Origin: a virus
Taxonomy: Duplodnaviria > Caudoviricetes
Length of the DNA stretch: 25,557 nt
IMG/VR virus record: IMGVR_UViG_3300032233_002807
Coordinates: 1-25,557 of that record
Strand: one strand, 5' to 3'
The notes below the pieces were generated by a model. The model ran no database searches. It saw only the letters and a list, made by a program, of their open reading frames with translations, and was not told the origin of the DNA. The position numbers were made by a program, and so were the translations under genes. Below, in pieces: positions 10,901 through 20,007 of the stretch. How positions within the stretch are numbered: the stretch's first letter is position 1; each line of letters starts with the position of its first letter.

Positions 10901-13900
10901 TAGATGGTAAAATTGAAGTTGTGCCAATACCAGCAAAACTTGTAGAAGCTATTCCTATTGGACTTGTATCATAAGAATATGTTACTTCCTCCCCACTCAC
11001 GAAGAAATGTCCGGGTATTAATATACTATTATCTAAAACACTTACTACTGATGAATTTCCTCCATCAAATATTTTTAAAAATATTGGTTGTTGTTGATAA
11101 GTTAAGTCAAATGCTCTTTTTACATCAATCTCATTTCCCTCATAAAAACCAAATCCACCAGTGATAGACGCATTATTTAAATCAATATATGAAGACTGAG
11201 TTTCTTGCACATCAACTAACTGAATGCTGGTTTGAAAAACACGAACTTGTATATTTGCGTTTGGAATTGGTGTATAATATAAGTTTGTATATCCGGATGA
11301 AACTGCAGCTCCAACAGTCCCTAACGAAGAATTGGTTGTAAGATTACCATATTGAGTGATATAAGCATTTGTGCTGTCATTGAGAACGATTACCTCAGAC
11401 ATCTCATATTGATTATTTGTAGTATCTTCTACACTTAACACATAATATGCACAATTATAATCACTTGGTACAATATTTTCATATTTAGCAATTATAGTTT
11501 CTGTTGGAGTGGGAGACGATGATATTGCCGTATAAGAGGAATCTAAAAATGCAATATTTTCCAAATCAAATCCAATATCTTTTCTTCCTGTTCCTATAGA
11601 AGAGGTACTGGCAATAGAAACAACTAATGAATTTGCGGTAATTGCTATTCCCGGATTTGGTGTAAAATCTAAAACAACATTTGAACCCAAAATATATGCA
11701 TTATATGTTCCCAATCCAGATGTACCAAACATATCCAAAGTATCATTCGTTAGTTGTCCATATTGCATAGATTCAACATTAGTTCCATTATGAATTAAAT
11801 TAATTTCTTCAAACTGAAGTTCTCCATTATTTCCAGATATTTCTAATAAAATTTTAGATGTTCTATAGGAAGATGCTATAGAAACAATGCTTGATGTTGT
11901 ATTTGCCAATACTGAAGATTCAAAAGTTTGAATTTTTACAATATCACCAAGATTAGTCGAACCTATTCCTGTTGTAGAAGGTCCGATTATATCAAAACTA
12001 GCAAAACTGATATTATAATTATTGACGGAATATTTTGTCGGATAAAATAAAAGTTGTCCCTCTGTACCAAAAATACTAAAATCAAATCCACCTAAATCTA
12101 AAGCACTTTCAACCCTACCATATTGATTTAAAAATCCAAAAGATCCATCTTGCAATAGGGTTACGAGTAATACCTCCCTCTCTCCAACATATCTAGAATC
12201 TCTAATATATGCTACATATTTTTTCGATCTATGAGACAAATCAAAATTATCTACGACAGAAAACTTTGTAGGTCTGGGTTCACTATTGAATTGCCCACTT
12301 ATATTATCAATTATTAAAACTCTATTTCCAAAAGACTCAAAATAATCAGTTAATACCTTTGAACTAAAATATATTTCATCAGAGATTATCTGGCGATTGT
12401 TATTTAAAGAATTTTCTGTAACTAAATCAAAATTTGTATAACAATTTACATCTATTTCGTCATATATATCAACTATAATATCAACGTCTCCTCCCCTATA
12501 ATTTGAATTAACACCTCTGAAGTTATCATCTTTAGATTCTATTATCAAATCACTGAATTTTAAAAATCCTGCAGTGTGATTGAGAGAACTTACTGAGTCT
12601 TTCCAAGTCTCAAAAGGAACTTTTGATTTTAAAGAATATGAAAAATTTTGATAATAATTATTATCAGAGATTCTTTCGGTATTTGAATTCAAAAACCCTG
12701 CTTCTCTCTGCCACCCCTTTTTAACAATTGAAGTGGCTCCAGTTTCAATTTCAGCATTGAAATCTATTTTTGATTTTATTGCGCCCTGAGTTCTGGAAGT
12801 TTTCCCAACCAAAATATCACCAACACTAAAATCTTCTGTTGTCGAAACTTTTAAAAGTTCAATTTCTTTATTCCAACTTTCAACCTTTCCTAATTTATTA
12901 TTGCCTAAGGCAACTGTTTCCCCAATTATAAAATCATTTTTTCTTAGTTTAATGTCAAATACTGGGAAATCTTTTTCTGCTATTATCCTACCAGACGATC
13001 TTAATGCATCAAAATTTCCTGGTAAGTCTCCACTCTTTAAAAATCCATTAAGACTATAAGTAACAACGCCAACGTTTCCGCCAAGAGCACTGGATCCAGC
13101 TGGAACTTTTGTTAATGTAAACAAAGAATACCCATAATCAACAGAATTGTATCCTACTCCAGTTGTTCCGACACCAACGCTAATGTTTTCTATTAAAACT
13201 TTATCACCAACGGAGAATGGGAAAGAATCACTAAATCCAGTATTTAAACCAACGCTTACCTCTTTTGTTGATTCGTTATATGAAATACTATTAATACCTA
13301 TTCCATTTTGATTTCCTATTGGAATAATTTTTGGTGGAGTATTATAGATTCCAAAAGTATTCTTTAGTATTTTTACTTTTGTATCGCCTATAGTATAAGA
13401 TAAATCTACATCATCAACCACTTTATCAGTATATCCATCAATTACAACTAATTTTGGAGATATTGTATAATTTTTTCCAGCAGAAGTAACTCCAATTTCA
13501 TCAAATGATGAAAGTGGTTGCATTAATAAAATTTCTGGTAAATTGCAAACAGGTCTTAAAGTTTTATCTGTGGGAAAATCAAATCCAATGTCATCTATTT
13601 GATTAGAAATAATTTTTCCTATTGATTTACTTGAAGGTTCGAGTATAGAGCCACTTCCATTTACTGTTACTATGGAGGAAATGCCCACTACATTTTCATA
13701 ACCCTTACCAGAATAGGTAATGGATATACTTGATATTCCTCCGTTTGCTGTTAAGGAGCTTGTAGAATATTCAAGATTTGCTTCGCTAGAATTATATCCA
13801 TATCTTTCTGGAGTTTTTTCTAAATCATAAGAGAATGTGGTGTTTGACTCAATCTTATGGATAGAATTGTACCCATTATATAAACTATTTTTTACTTCAA

Positions 13901-16900
13901 TTTGATTTGAATTTGTGACTTCCGTGTCAATATAAATTTCTTTTTTAACTTGAGATACGAATTGTGAATTAATAGGCGAAAACTTATAATACAATCTTTC
14001 TGGTAAATAGTCAGTTACATTTAAAATTAAAGCTGCATCAGATGTTATCCCAATTTGTCCTACCTTAGACACTTCGAAAGAAGTAGTTTTTTCTGTAGAT
14101 TCAAAAGAATTATTAAATTCAGAATCAAGATAAAGACTAAAATCAAATGCAGAATATAAAGTATATCCGCTTAGACTAGAAAGTGAGGAATCTGATAAAT
14201 CAAATCTAAGAGTATTATTTTTAAATGCTGTAATTGGTGGATTAATCTGAGATAAAGTTCCAGATGCCGCAGATGTTATGTCTATGATATCTGGGTTGAA
14301 TTTTAAAGCTTGATATTTATTTAAACATAATTTAACCTTATCATTTGTAAAACGGAATATATAATAAATTTTTTCATTTAATAATCCTGCAGATGGATTT
14401 GCAGAGGTGTATATTACTTTATCACCACTTTTTAGTCCATGATTAGGAATTGTAATAGAGTTATTTAAAACATCTACATCACTAGCATCAAAAGATTTTG
14501 TATTAAATACTATTCTTCTGTTATAGTCATCATATTTTACTATTATGGTTGTGGTTACGCCACAATTCACTTTTATATTAACTATATCATTTAAAGTTAA
14601 TCCATGAGTTGTAGCAGTAGAAACTGTGACTACATTTTTATCAAGCTCAGCATGTACTACATTTTCTTTTTGTGTTTTAAAACTATGGTAGATGCCAGTC
14701 CCAATTCCAGTAAAATATAAAAGTTTAGTATTTAATGTTGTGCTTGCAATACCGACAAAAGTTCCTGTAGATCCAATACCTACTTTGTAAGTGGATAAAC
14801 CAATTAAATCATTTGAAATTTTTGCGACATAAACAGATGAAAATTGAGTTAATGCAAGTCCACTTGTTCCGCCAGTAGAAACTATGATGGAACTTCCTTG
14901 ATAAGTATTATACGATAAAATATCACCTGTTTTTAAATCATGATTTGGAAGATAAACTGACTGAGTTGGTATGAAAATTTGTGTTAGTCCAGCTCCTGGA
15001 TTTGAGAACGATATTGTAGTTCCTATCCCAACACCACTTAAAGTTCCAAGTCCTATTGATTCTTGAGGATTAAAATAAATTTCTCTATTAAGTTCAAAAA
15101 TAACTTCGTTTTCTGGAAGAGAATTGAAAGTGAATTTTCTTGAATTTTCTTGTAAAATTGTTGATGCAGTATGAGCAGAAGAGACGGTATTTTCTTGAGA
15201 TCTAAGAACTTTAATTCTAGAATTTAAAGAATCAATTTGTAGTATTTTGACTTTTTCGGAACCTATTGAAAAGATATCATTTTCTCTTATAGAAAGAGGA
15301 TTATCACTTCTCAAATTTCCAGATACATTGAAGAAAGTTACGATTCCTGTAACTCCAACTGTTCCAACTCCAGTTGTAAGAATTAATTTTTCTGTAGTTA
15401 CGCCAATATTAAAACTGGATTGTAAATGATTAATTGAAGTGTTAAAACCGGATAGTGAAACTAAATCGTTATTTGTAAAATTATGTGGAGACGTTGCAAA
15501 AGCGACATATGACTTATCTGAGTTAAAAGGAGAAATTTCTAAAAGAGATATATTAGTCGTAGCTACACTAATATTATTTACAACTTTTCCTAAAATTTCA
15601 GATACTTTTGCCTTTGCTTTTTTAGCATATGCATATTCTTCAAAAGTAATAGTATCGCCAACTTTATAACCAGAACCTCCAGTTACAATTCCAATTGAAT
15701 CAATACTTCCTCTGGAAGATTCATTAATGTTTATAGTTTGTGGTTTTATTTTATTAGGTTGGAAAAGAAAATCATAATAAGTTCCATTATCATTTAATCC
15801 ATATGGAGATGTATTTCTAAACCAAGAAGAGGAATTTAAATCATAAGAAATTTGATTTGAACTAGTCTCATAATTGAATAAATTTGGTTTAGATTTAAAA
15901 GAATTGCCAATAAGATATGGAAAAACTGGTATTTTATATTTGTTAAATGTTGAAGAAGTTTCTACTCTATCTGGATTTATAGTTGCAAAGTAAGCGTAAA
16001 CTCCATTTGGAAATTCTGGAGTTTTGCAAAAACGCCCATTGTGTTCATCCAAATCTCCTGAATTAGTAAATTCATAGTCCTCAACAAAAAATCCTTGTAT
16101 AAACGGAGGTCTATTTGGTTTGGTTACGGGAGTATAACCAGATTTCATCGCTCTAATAGAATCTCCAGTTTTTATTGGGAATCCATATGGACCATAAATT
16201 GGATTGCCATCATATGCCCAACCAATAATTGAGGAGTGATATTGTGAAGATGTTTCCTCTCCATTTGCTGTTTTTTGTAAATCAAATACTCCATATTTTG
16301 TTTGATTTCCTTCCCCTTTTCCATATATGGATTCTCTTAATTTTCTTGGAGCATATAAATGAGAATATTGAATTCCATAATCATCATTTAATGATGTTGT
16401 TATAATTCCATCATCTTCTGAAATTATATTCAAATACTTTTGGAATAAATTAATTGTCCATTTTTGTATATCCGCATTAAATTGAGCACCATCTCCACTG
16501 GGTATGATTGTTACTTTAGTTTTATCATCGTAATCAATTCCTGCGCTTGCAATTTTTACTGATTTAATTTTGCCATCATTTACAATTGGAATTAGTTTTG
16601 CATATTTTCCAGAACCAGTAACAATTAAATCTGGAGGCGAATTGTAATCTTGTCCCACATTGGTAACTAAAACCTCTACTATCCTTCCATTATTAATAAT
16701 TGGTAATAGTTCTGCTGAAGAACCGTTTAATAAGGAAAAACTTGGTTGTCTGTTGTAATTTAAAATATCAGTAACGCCATATCCAACTCCAGTATTTGTT
16801 ACTTGAACAGACTCGACGGAACCTCTAAATATCGGTTGAACTTTTGCAGAAAAATCTTGTCCAGTAAAAGTTGATACTCCTATTTCACCATCTATGGACA

Positions 16901-19900
16901 CAGAAATTGGTTCATAGTTGAAATAATGACTACCAGAACCAACGGAACTCAAGTTAATATATTGTTTATTATTGAAATAAAAGAGTTTTGCAGTGGATCC
17001 TACACCGACACTTGATAATTTGAAATTATTTTCATCTACTTTTGTGACAACATATGAAGTTAGTGAACTTAATCCAGACACAGGAGCATCAGTATATGAA
17101 TATTCTACTATTTCTCCAGAATTGTATTGATGGTTTGATATATTAATTTGGTTTGCTGCTGTATTAATTCCAGAAGAAATTGCGACTCTTCTCTTATTCT
17201 GATAATTTGAACCAGAATCGACTACAACAATATTTGAAACTATTTGTTTTTTATTGGCAGATTGTATTCTGTGAATACCAACACCATATCCGGTTAAAGA
17301 TACTGTATTGATGCCAGAAATTATATCAGCTTCTGATTTATAAAGTTTAATGGCGTATGCGTCAACTGTATTAACAAAATAAACAGCATCAGTAATAATA
17401 CCCGCAACAGCAGTCTGCCCATCTGTTTTGTAAACTACTTGTTCCGAATTTCTGAATTTATGATATGTAGAAAATCCAATAGTATTATTAGTTAAATTTA
17501 CAAATGCAGAACTTGCTGTTGCATTAAAAGAAACTGAATGCTCTACAAATGTTGTGTTAACATCTGCTTTTGCGCCATAACCATTTCCGCCAGTAATAGT
17601 GACAATGGGTTTATTAATATAATCAAATCCAGAATCAATAACTTCAATTCTTTTTAATGTCCCTTTTATTGAGCAATTTCCAGTAGCTCCAGTTCCAACT
17701 TTATCTCTAATCGATAGTATTGGTGGATTAATGATATCATAATTACTTCCTGGTGAAGAAACTTGAATACTATTTAAAGATCCATAATAAATCGTATCTT
17801 CTGCTTTATAATTTAATATCTCTACTCCATTAATCAGTATACCTATTTTTCCCGGATTTGTCGTATAATCTCCACTTTCTGAACTTGGTTTTTTAATTTC
17901 TCTTAGTAAATTTTGAGGTTGTATTGTTTTGCCACGAAAATCGGCGTATTCTAAAGTGTTGGACGTAACAATTCCAGAAACTGATATAAATTTTTTATTA
18001 TATAAATTTGCCTGACTACTTGCAAGTTTAAATTGATTTGGATTTTCTAATCTTTTTACATAATAAATTCCCTCTTGCACATTACTGAATTTGCTAACAG
18101 TGGTAACTGTACTTCCATCTACTATACTTGTTTGAGTATAAGGAGTATAGTAAACAGCATCGCCAGTATAATACCCATGATCTTTTACGTTTGAAACTGT
18201 AAAAGTCTCTCCACTATAATATCCAGTAAGAACTATTTTTCTATCATAAAAATTTAATGCTCTATCATAATAATTGGGAAGAGATGCTGATGCGACCAAA
18301 ACATCTTGATTGAACTTTACGTAAGTGTTTTGAACATCTGCTATGTATTTTGAAAGATATGAATAATCGGATAATAATGAACTTACCTGTGGTTTTGCAA
18401 TCTTTCTTTGTACTTTAAATCCAACCCCGCTTACATCTAGATATCCCTGCCCTCTTATTGAAAATGTAAAATCATCTGTAATATTACTAATAGAACAATC
18501 CTTTGAAATTAAAGAAGAATCAATAATTGATAAGTTGTCTCCTATTTTAAAATTATTTTTTACGAAAGTCGTTACTTTATATGTAAAATTATTAGATGTA
18601 TCAATTACTGATAAAGATTTGACATCATACTTAGTAGATAAATTATAAATCCAAGAGTCTACCCTAGCACTCGATGTTGTAATACCTAAAGACTTTATAG
18701 ATGCAGTATCATTTTTAGAAAAATAATATGTTGGTTCATCTACTTTCAAATCAGAAAGTACAGCTCCAATTCTAACATCAACTCTAGTCGTAGTTCCAAT
18801 ACCAACATAACCATATGCATAAGTATTTAATCTAATATCTTCTGCTGAATTAATGCTAGAAGTTATACTTGAGATTCCGAAGAATTGATTTAATGATTTT
18901 GAAGTATAAGAAACTATGCCAGATGCTCCTGAGGAATAATTTACAACTAGTTCTCCCAAATTTGGAAACCCAACAGTAGAATCTACATCAATGATGGAAG
19001 AACCAACAGATACCTCAGTTATGACTTTTGTTTTTGGATGTATTGAAAATTGTCCAAATATACTGCCATCAAATGAAATATCTTTTGAATAATCAAAATC
19101 AACACTTAGTTTATAATATTCTTTATCATCATAATATAATTTTTCTACATCACTAATTGAAGCATATGCTTTTTGGATATTATAATCTGGATACTCATCT
19201 TGAAAAAGAGTTTGATTTAATAGTTGAAGTGGATTTCCAGACAAAGAACTAACGACAATATCTTTTGTAACTCTATATTGTGCGTCAGATGGTCTAAAAA
19301 GATAATCTCTAGGTTTTATAACTTCTACTTTCTCACCGTACAATGCTCCAAAAAGAATTTTAAAAGATTCATCTGTTCCTTTAGTTTGATAAAAATCTTT
19401 CGCTCTTGAGATAAAAAGTCTTTCATCTACATTAGAATTAATTTTCCTATCTTCAAATCCAGGGGCAAATTGATATTTAATTTTTGTTAAAAATTGATTT
19501 AAAAGTAAAGAACTTAGATTAATAATTTTTGCACCTTCTCCGTGCTCAGAAATTTCTGATGTGGAAAATACTAAATTATCTGTTACGTCTAAATTTTTAT
19601 ATGAAGTTACTCCACTAAATCCTCGCAAACACCCAATAAAACTAGTGGTTGTTTTACTAGAATAGAGAATAATTTCATTATCAATTTGAATCAATCCATA
19701 TTTGTCTGGAAATCCATCTGTACCAATAATATTTTCATCTAAATCAAAAGAAACATTAATAGTAGTGTCTGTATCAGAAATAGAAGACTCTAATCTAGTA
19801 TAATTTGAGGTATTAGTTAAAGATTCTAATTTTAGATATTGATCAATATTCTGAATCAAATCAACAGGAGCTCCAGGATATTCCTGGGAGATATAATATT

Positions 19901-20006
19901 GTTTTAGAAATTCTACAATTAAAGGAAAATCCTCTCTTGCAAAACTTGGAAGTTGATGTTCAATTACATCTTGAATTTGTACTCTTTTGCGATCTGTTGA
20001 TATCAT
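7923..20006 (-). CDS. gp7: Giant baseplate wedge initiator (gp7-like) with a YHYH-like domain and many beta-rich repeats
   Basis: 4027-aa ORF between gp6 and gp8. N-terminal motifs QLPSFAREDFPLIVEFLKQYY and KDFYQTKGTDESFKILFGALYGE; YQNFSYSLKS...WKDSVSSLNHTAGF; YHYH-like IIGWAYDGNPIYGPYG and DLDEHNGRFCKTPEFPNGVYAYF. Confidence 0.85.
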   Translation of the reverse strand: MISTDRKRVQIQDVIEHQLPSFAREDFPLIVEFLKQYYISQEYPGAPVDLIQNIDQYLKLESLTNTSNYTRLESSISDTDTTINVSFDLDENIIGTDGFPDKYGLIQIDNEIILYSSKTTTSFIGCLRGFSGVTSYKNLDVTDNLVFSTSEISEHGEGAKIINLSSLLLNQFLTKIKYQFAPGFEDRKINSNVDERLFISRAKDFYQTKGTDESFKILFGALYGEKVEVIKPRDYLFRPSDAQYRVTKDIVVSSLSGNPLQLLNQTLFQDEYPDYNIQKAYASISDVEKLYYDDKEYYKLSVDFDYSKDISFDGSIFGQFSIHPKTKVITEVSVGSSIIDVDSTVGFPNLGELVVNYSSGASGIVSYTSKSLNQFFGISSITSSINSAEDIRLNTYAYGYVGIGTTTRVDVRIGAVLSDLKVDEPTYYFSKNDTASIKSLGITTSSARVDSWIYNLSTKYDVKSLSVIDTSNNFTYKVTTFVKNNFKIGDNLSIIDSSLISKDCSISNITDDFTFSIRGQGYLDVSGVGFKVQRKIAKPQVSSLLSDYSYLSKYIADVQNTYVKFNQDVLVASASLPNYYDRALNFYDRKIVLTGYYSGETFTVSNVKDHGYYTGDAVYYTPYTQTSIVDGSTVTTVSKFSNVQEGIYYVKRLENPNQFKLASSQANLYNKKFISVSGIVTSNTLEYADFRGKTIQPQNLLREIKKPSSESGDYTTNPGKIGILINGVEILNYKAEDTIYYGSLNSIQVSSPGSNYDIINPPILSIRDKVGTGATGNCSIKGTLKRIEVIDSGFDYINKPIVTITGGNGYGAKADVNTTFVEHSVSFNATASSAFVNLTNNTIGFSTYHKFRNSEQVVYKTDGQTAVAGIITDAVYFVNTVDAYAIKLYKSEADIISGINTVSLTGYGVGIHRIQSANKKQIVSNIVVVDSGSNYQNKRRVAISSGINTAANQINISNHQYNSGEIVEYSYTDAPVSGLSSLTSYVVTKVDENNFKLSSVGVGSTAKLFYFNNKQYINLSSVGSGSHYFNYEPISVSIDGEIGVSTFTGQDFSAKVQPIFRGSVESVQVTNTGVGYGVTDILNYNRQPSFSLLNGSSAELLPIINNGRIVEVLVTNVGQDYNSPPDLIVTGSGKYAKLIPIVNDGKIKSVKIASAGIDYDDKTKVTIIPSGDGAQFNADIQKWTINLFQKYLNIISEDDGIITTSLNDDYGIQYSHLYAPRKLRESIYGKGEGNQTKYGVFDLQKTANGEETSSQYHSSIIGWAYDGNPIYGPYGFPIKTGDSIRAMKSGYTPVTKPNRPPFIQGFFVEDYEFTNSGDLDEHNGRFCKTPEFPNGVYAYFATINPDRVETSSTFNKYKIPVFPYLIGNSFKSKPNLFNYETSSNQISYDLNSSSWFRNTSPYGLNDNGTYYDFLFQPNKIKPQTININESSRGSIDSIGIVTGGSGYKVGDTITFEEYAYAKKAKAKVSEILGKVVNNISVATTNISLLEISPFNSDKSYVAFATSPHNFTNNDLVSLSGFNTSINHLQSSFNIGVTTEKLILTTGVGTVGVTGIVTFFNVSGNLRSDNPLSIRENDIFSIGSEKVKILQIDSLNSRIKVLRSQENTVSSAHTASTILQENSRKFTFNSLPENEVIFELNREIYFNPQESIGLGTLSGVGIGTTISFSNPGAGLTQIFIPTQSVYLPNHDLKTGDILSYNTYQGSSIIVSTGGTSGLALTQFSSVYVAKISNDLIGLSTYKVGIGSTGTFVGIASTTLNTKLLYFTGIGTGIYHSFKTQKENVVHAELDKNVVTVSTATTHGLTLNDIVNIKVNCGVTTTIIVKYDDYNRRIVFNTKSFDASDVDVLNNSITIPNHGLKSGDKVIYTSANPSAGLLNEKIYYIFRFTNDKVKLCLNKYQALKFNPDIIDITSAASGTLSQINPPITAFKNNTLRFDLSDSSLSSLSGYTLYSAFDFSLYLDSEFNNSFESTEKTTSFEVSKVGQIGITSDAALILNVTDYLPERLYYKFSPINSQFVSQVKKEIYIDTEVTNSNQIEVKNSLYNGYNSIHKIESNTTFSYDLEKTPERYGYNSSEANLEYSTSSLTANGGISSISITYSGKGYENVVGISSIVTVNGSGSILEPSSKSIGKIISNQIDDIGFDFPTDKTLRPVCNLPEILLMQPLSSFDEIGVTSAGKNYTISPKLVVIDGYTDKVVDDVDLSYTIGDTKVKILKNTFGIYNTPPKIIPIGNQNGIGINSISYNESTKEVSVGLNTGFSDSFPFSVGDKVLIENISVGVGTTGVGYNSVDYGYSLFTLTKVPAGSSALGGNVGVVTYSLNGFLKSGDLPGNFDALRSSGRIIAEKDFPVFDIKLRKNDFIIGETVALGNNKLGKVESWNKEIELLKVSTTEDFSVGDILVGKTSRTQGAIKSKIDFNAEIETGATSIVKKGWQREAGFLNSNTERISDNNYYQNFSYSLKSKVPFETWKDSVSSLNHTAGFLKFSDLIIESKDDNFRGVNSNYRGGDVDIIVDIYDEIDVNCYTNFDLVTENSLNNNRQIISDEIYFSSKVLTDYFESFGNRVLIIDNISGQFNSEPRPTKFSVVDNFDLSHRSKKYVAYIRDSRYVGEREVLLVTLLQDGSFGFLNQYGRVESALDLGGFDFSIFGTEGQLLFYPTKYSVNNYNISFASFDIIGPSTTGIGSTNLGDIVKIQTFESSVLANTTSSIVSIASSYRTSKILLEISGNNGELQFEEINLIHNGTNVESMQYGQLTNDTLDMFGTSGLGTYNAYILGSNVVLDFTPNPGIAITANSLVVSIASTSSIGTGRKDIGFDLENIAFLDSSYTAISSSPTPTETIIAKYENIVPSDYNCAYYVLSVEDTTNNQYEMSEVIVLNDSTNAYITQYGNLTTNSSLGTVGAAVSSGYTNLYYTPIPNANIQVRVFQTSIQLVDVQETQSSYIDLNNASITGGFGFYEGNEIDVKRAFDLTYQQQPIFLKIFDGGNSSVVSVLDNSILIPGHFFVSGEEVTYSYDTSPIGIASTSFAGIGTTSILPSSVYIIKDSDQKVKLARSAEDALKTIPVELDITSIGVGTFHSFVAKNQNTKCLISIDNYIQSPIVSTSVTTGLTTHIGLVDDVIKFSGITSFFGGDLIKIDDEIMKINTVGFGSTNSILVTRPWMGTGLSTHSEYAKVTKVTGDYNIVDNTINFITAPQGPTPIGSSTNPPSERDWTGITTFSKFQGRSFIRSATENSIEETYAKNYIFDDISQKFNATQKTFTLQSNNQSIVGFSTNNAVILINGIFQSPTGQLSTSQDYTLTEGSGISSITFTGTATSVAYDPNNANIPKGGIIVSVGSTNGFGYQPLVSAGGTAIVSVAGTISSISIGNSGSGYRSGIQTQVNVGVYTSSTGTSNIQFIGTAAISGGNIVSVAITNPGVGYTSSNPPYVIFDSPLPYSNIPLIYSVTSPSPSGVGTQATVDVTVGYGSSVIDFEIKNPGYNYGQSQILTIPFGGATGIPTDTTKTFEEFQIQIDKTISDEFSGWHLGQLEVLDKIENQFDGIRRSFTISLSSSPVTIRAAKGSNIDVQATLLVFLNDILQVPGESYTFAGGSVITFAEPPKGTSADGSIIGDKCKILFYKGTGDIDVVFRDVLETVKVGDSLTIKNQDERLVTSIISSDTVETNPYSGNEIDSNPSNNRVVEWCKQTTDKIINGQVVSKSRVLNEALVNPTTNLIQSVGVGSTVAYVESVRTFFDSKKENQTTNNKQKIILVSQDNIVGASATAVVSAAGTITSVFINSGGIGYSTSPTVTIGNPVGFGTTARASASASISIGGTVSTITVISPGFGYTSTNPPQVLIEIPEVVYEINPTSSYDGDFGTIVGISTVSVGAASTGVAFDFYIPQNSFLRDTSIVSTATTVSGIQTGYYFVVRNSNIGNGATSLYQNGSVLGIGTQFLDNVYEVASVSIAQTSVPGIALTYVTRVVTSISNYNSLTGMGYSSFFGEFSWGRILFNTRTYPKTFNAYTKNGATGIVTSSIVNRIAPLKYVNYS

Positions 20007-20007
20007 G

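Noticed and set aside
7923-20006. Intein, intron or assembly fusion as the explanation for the size of gp7
   Set aside because: The frame is uninterrupted, and I recognised no intein splice-junction blocks or homing-endonuclease motifs. The extra length consists of repeated structural modules.
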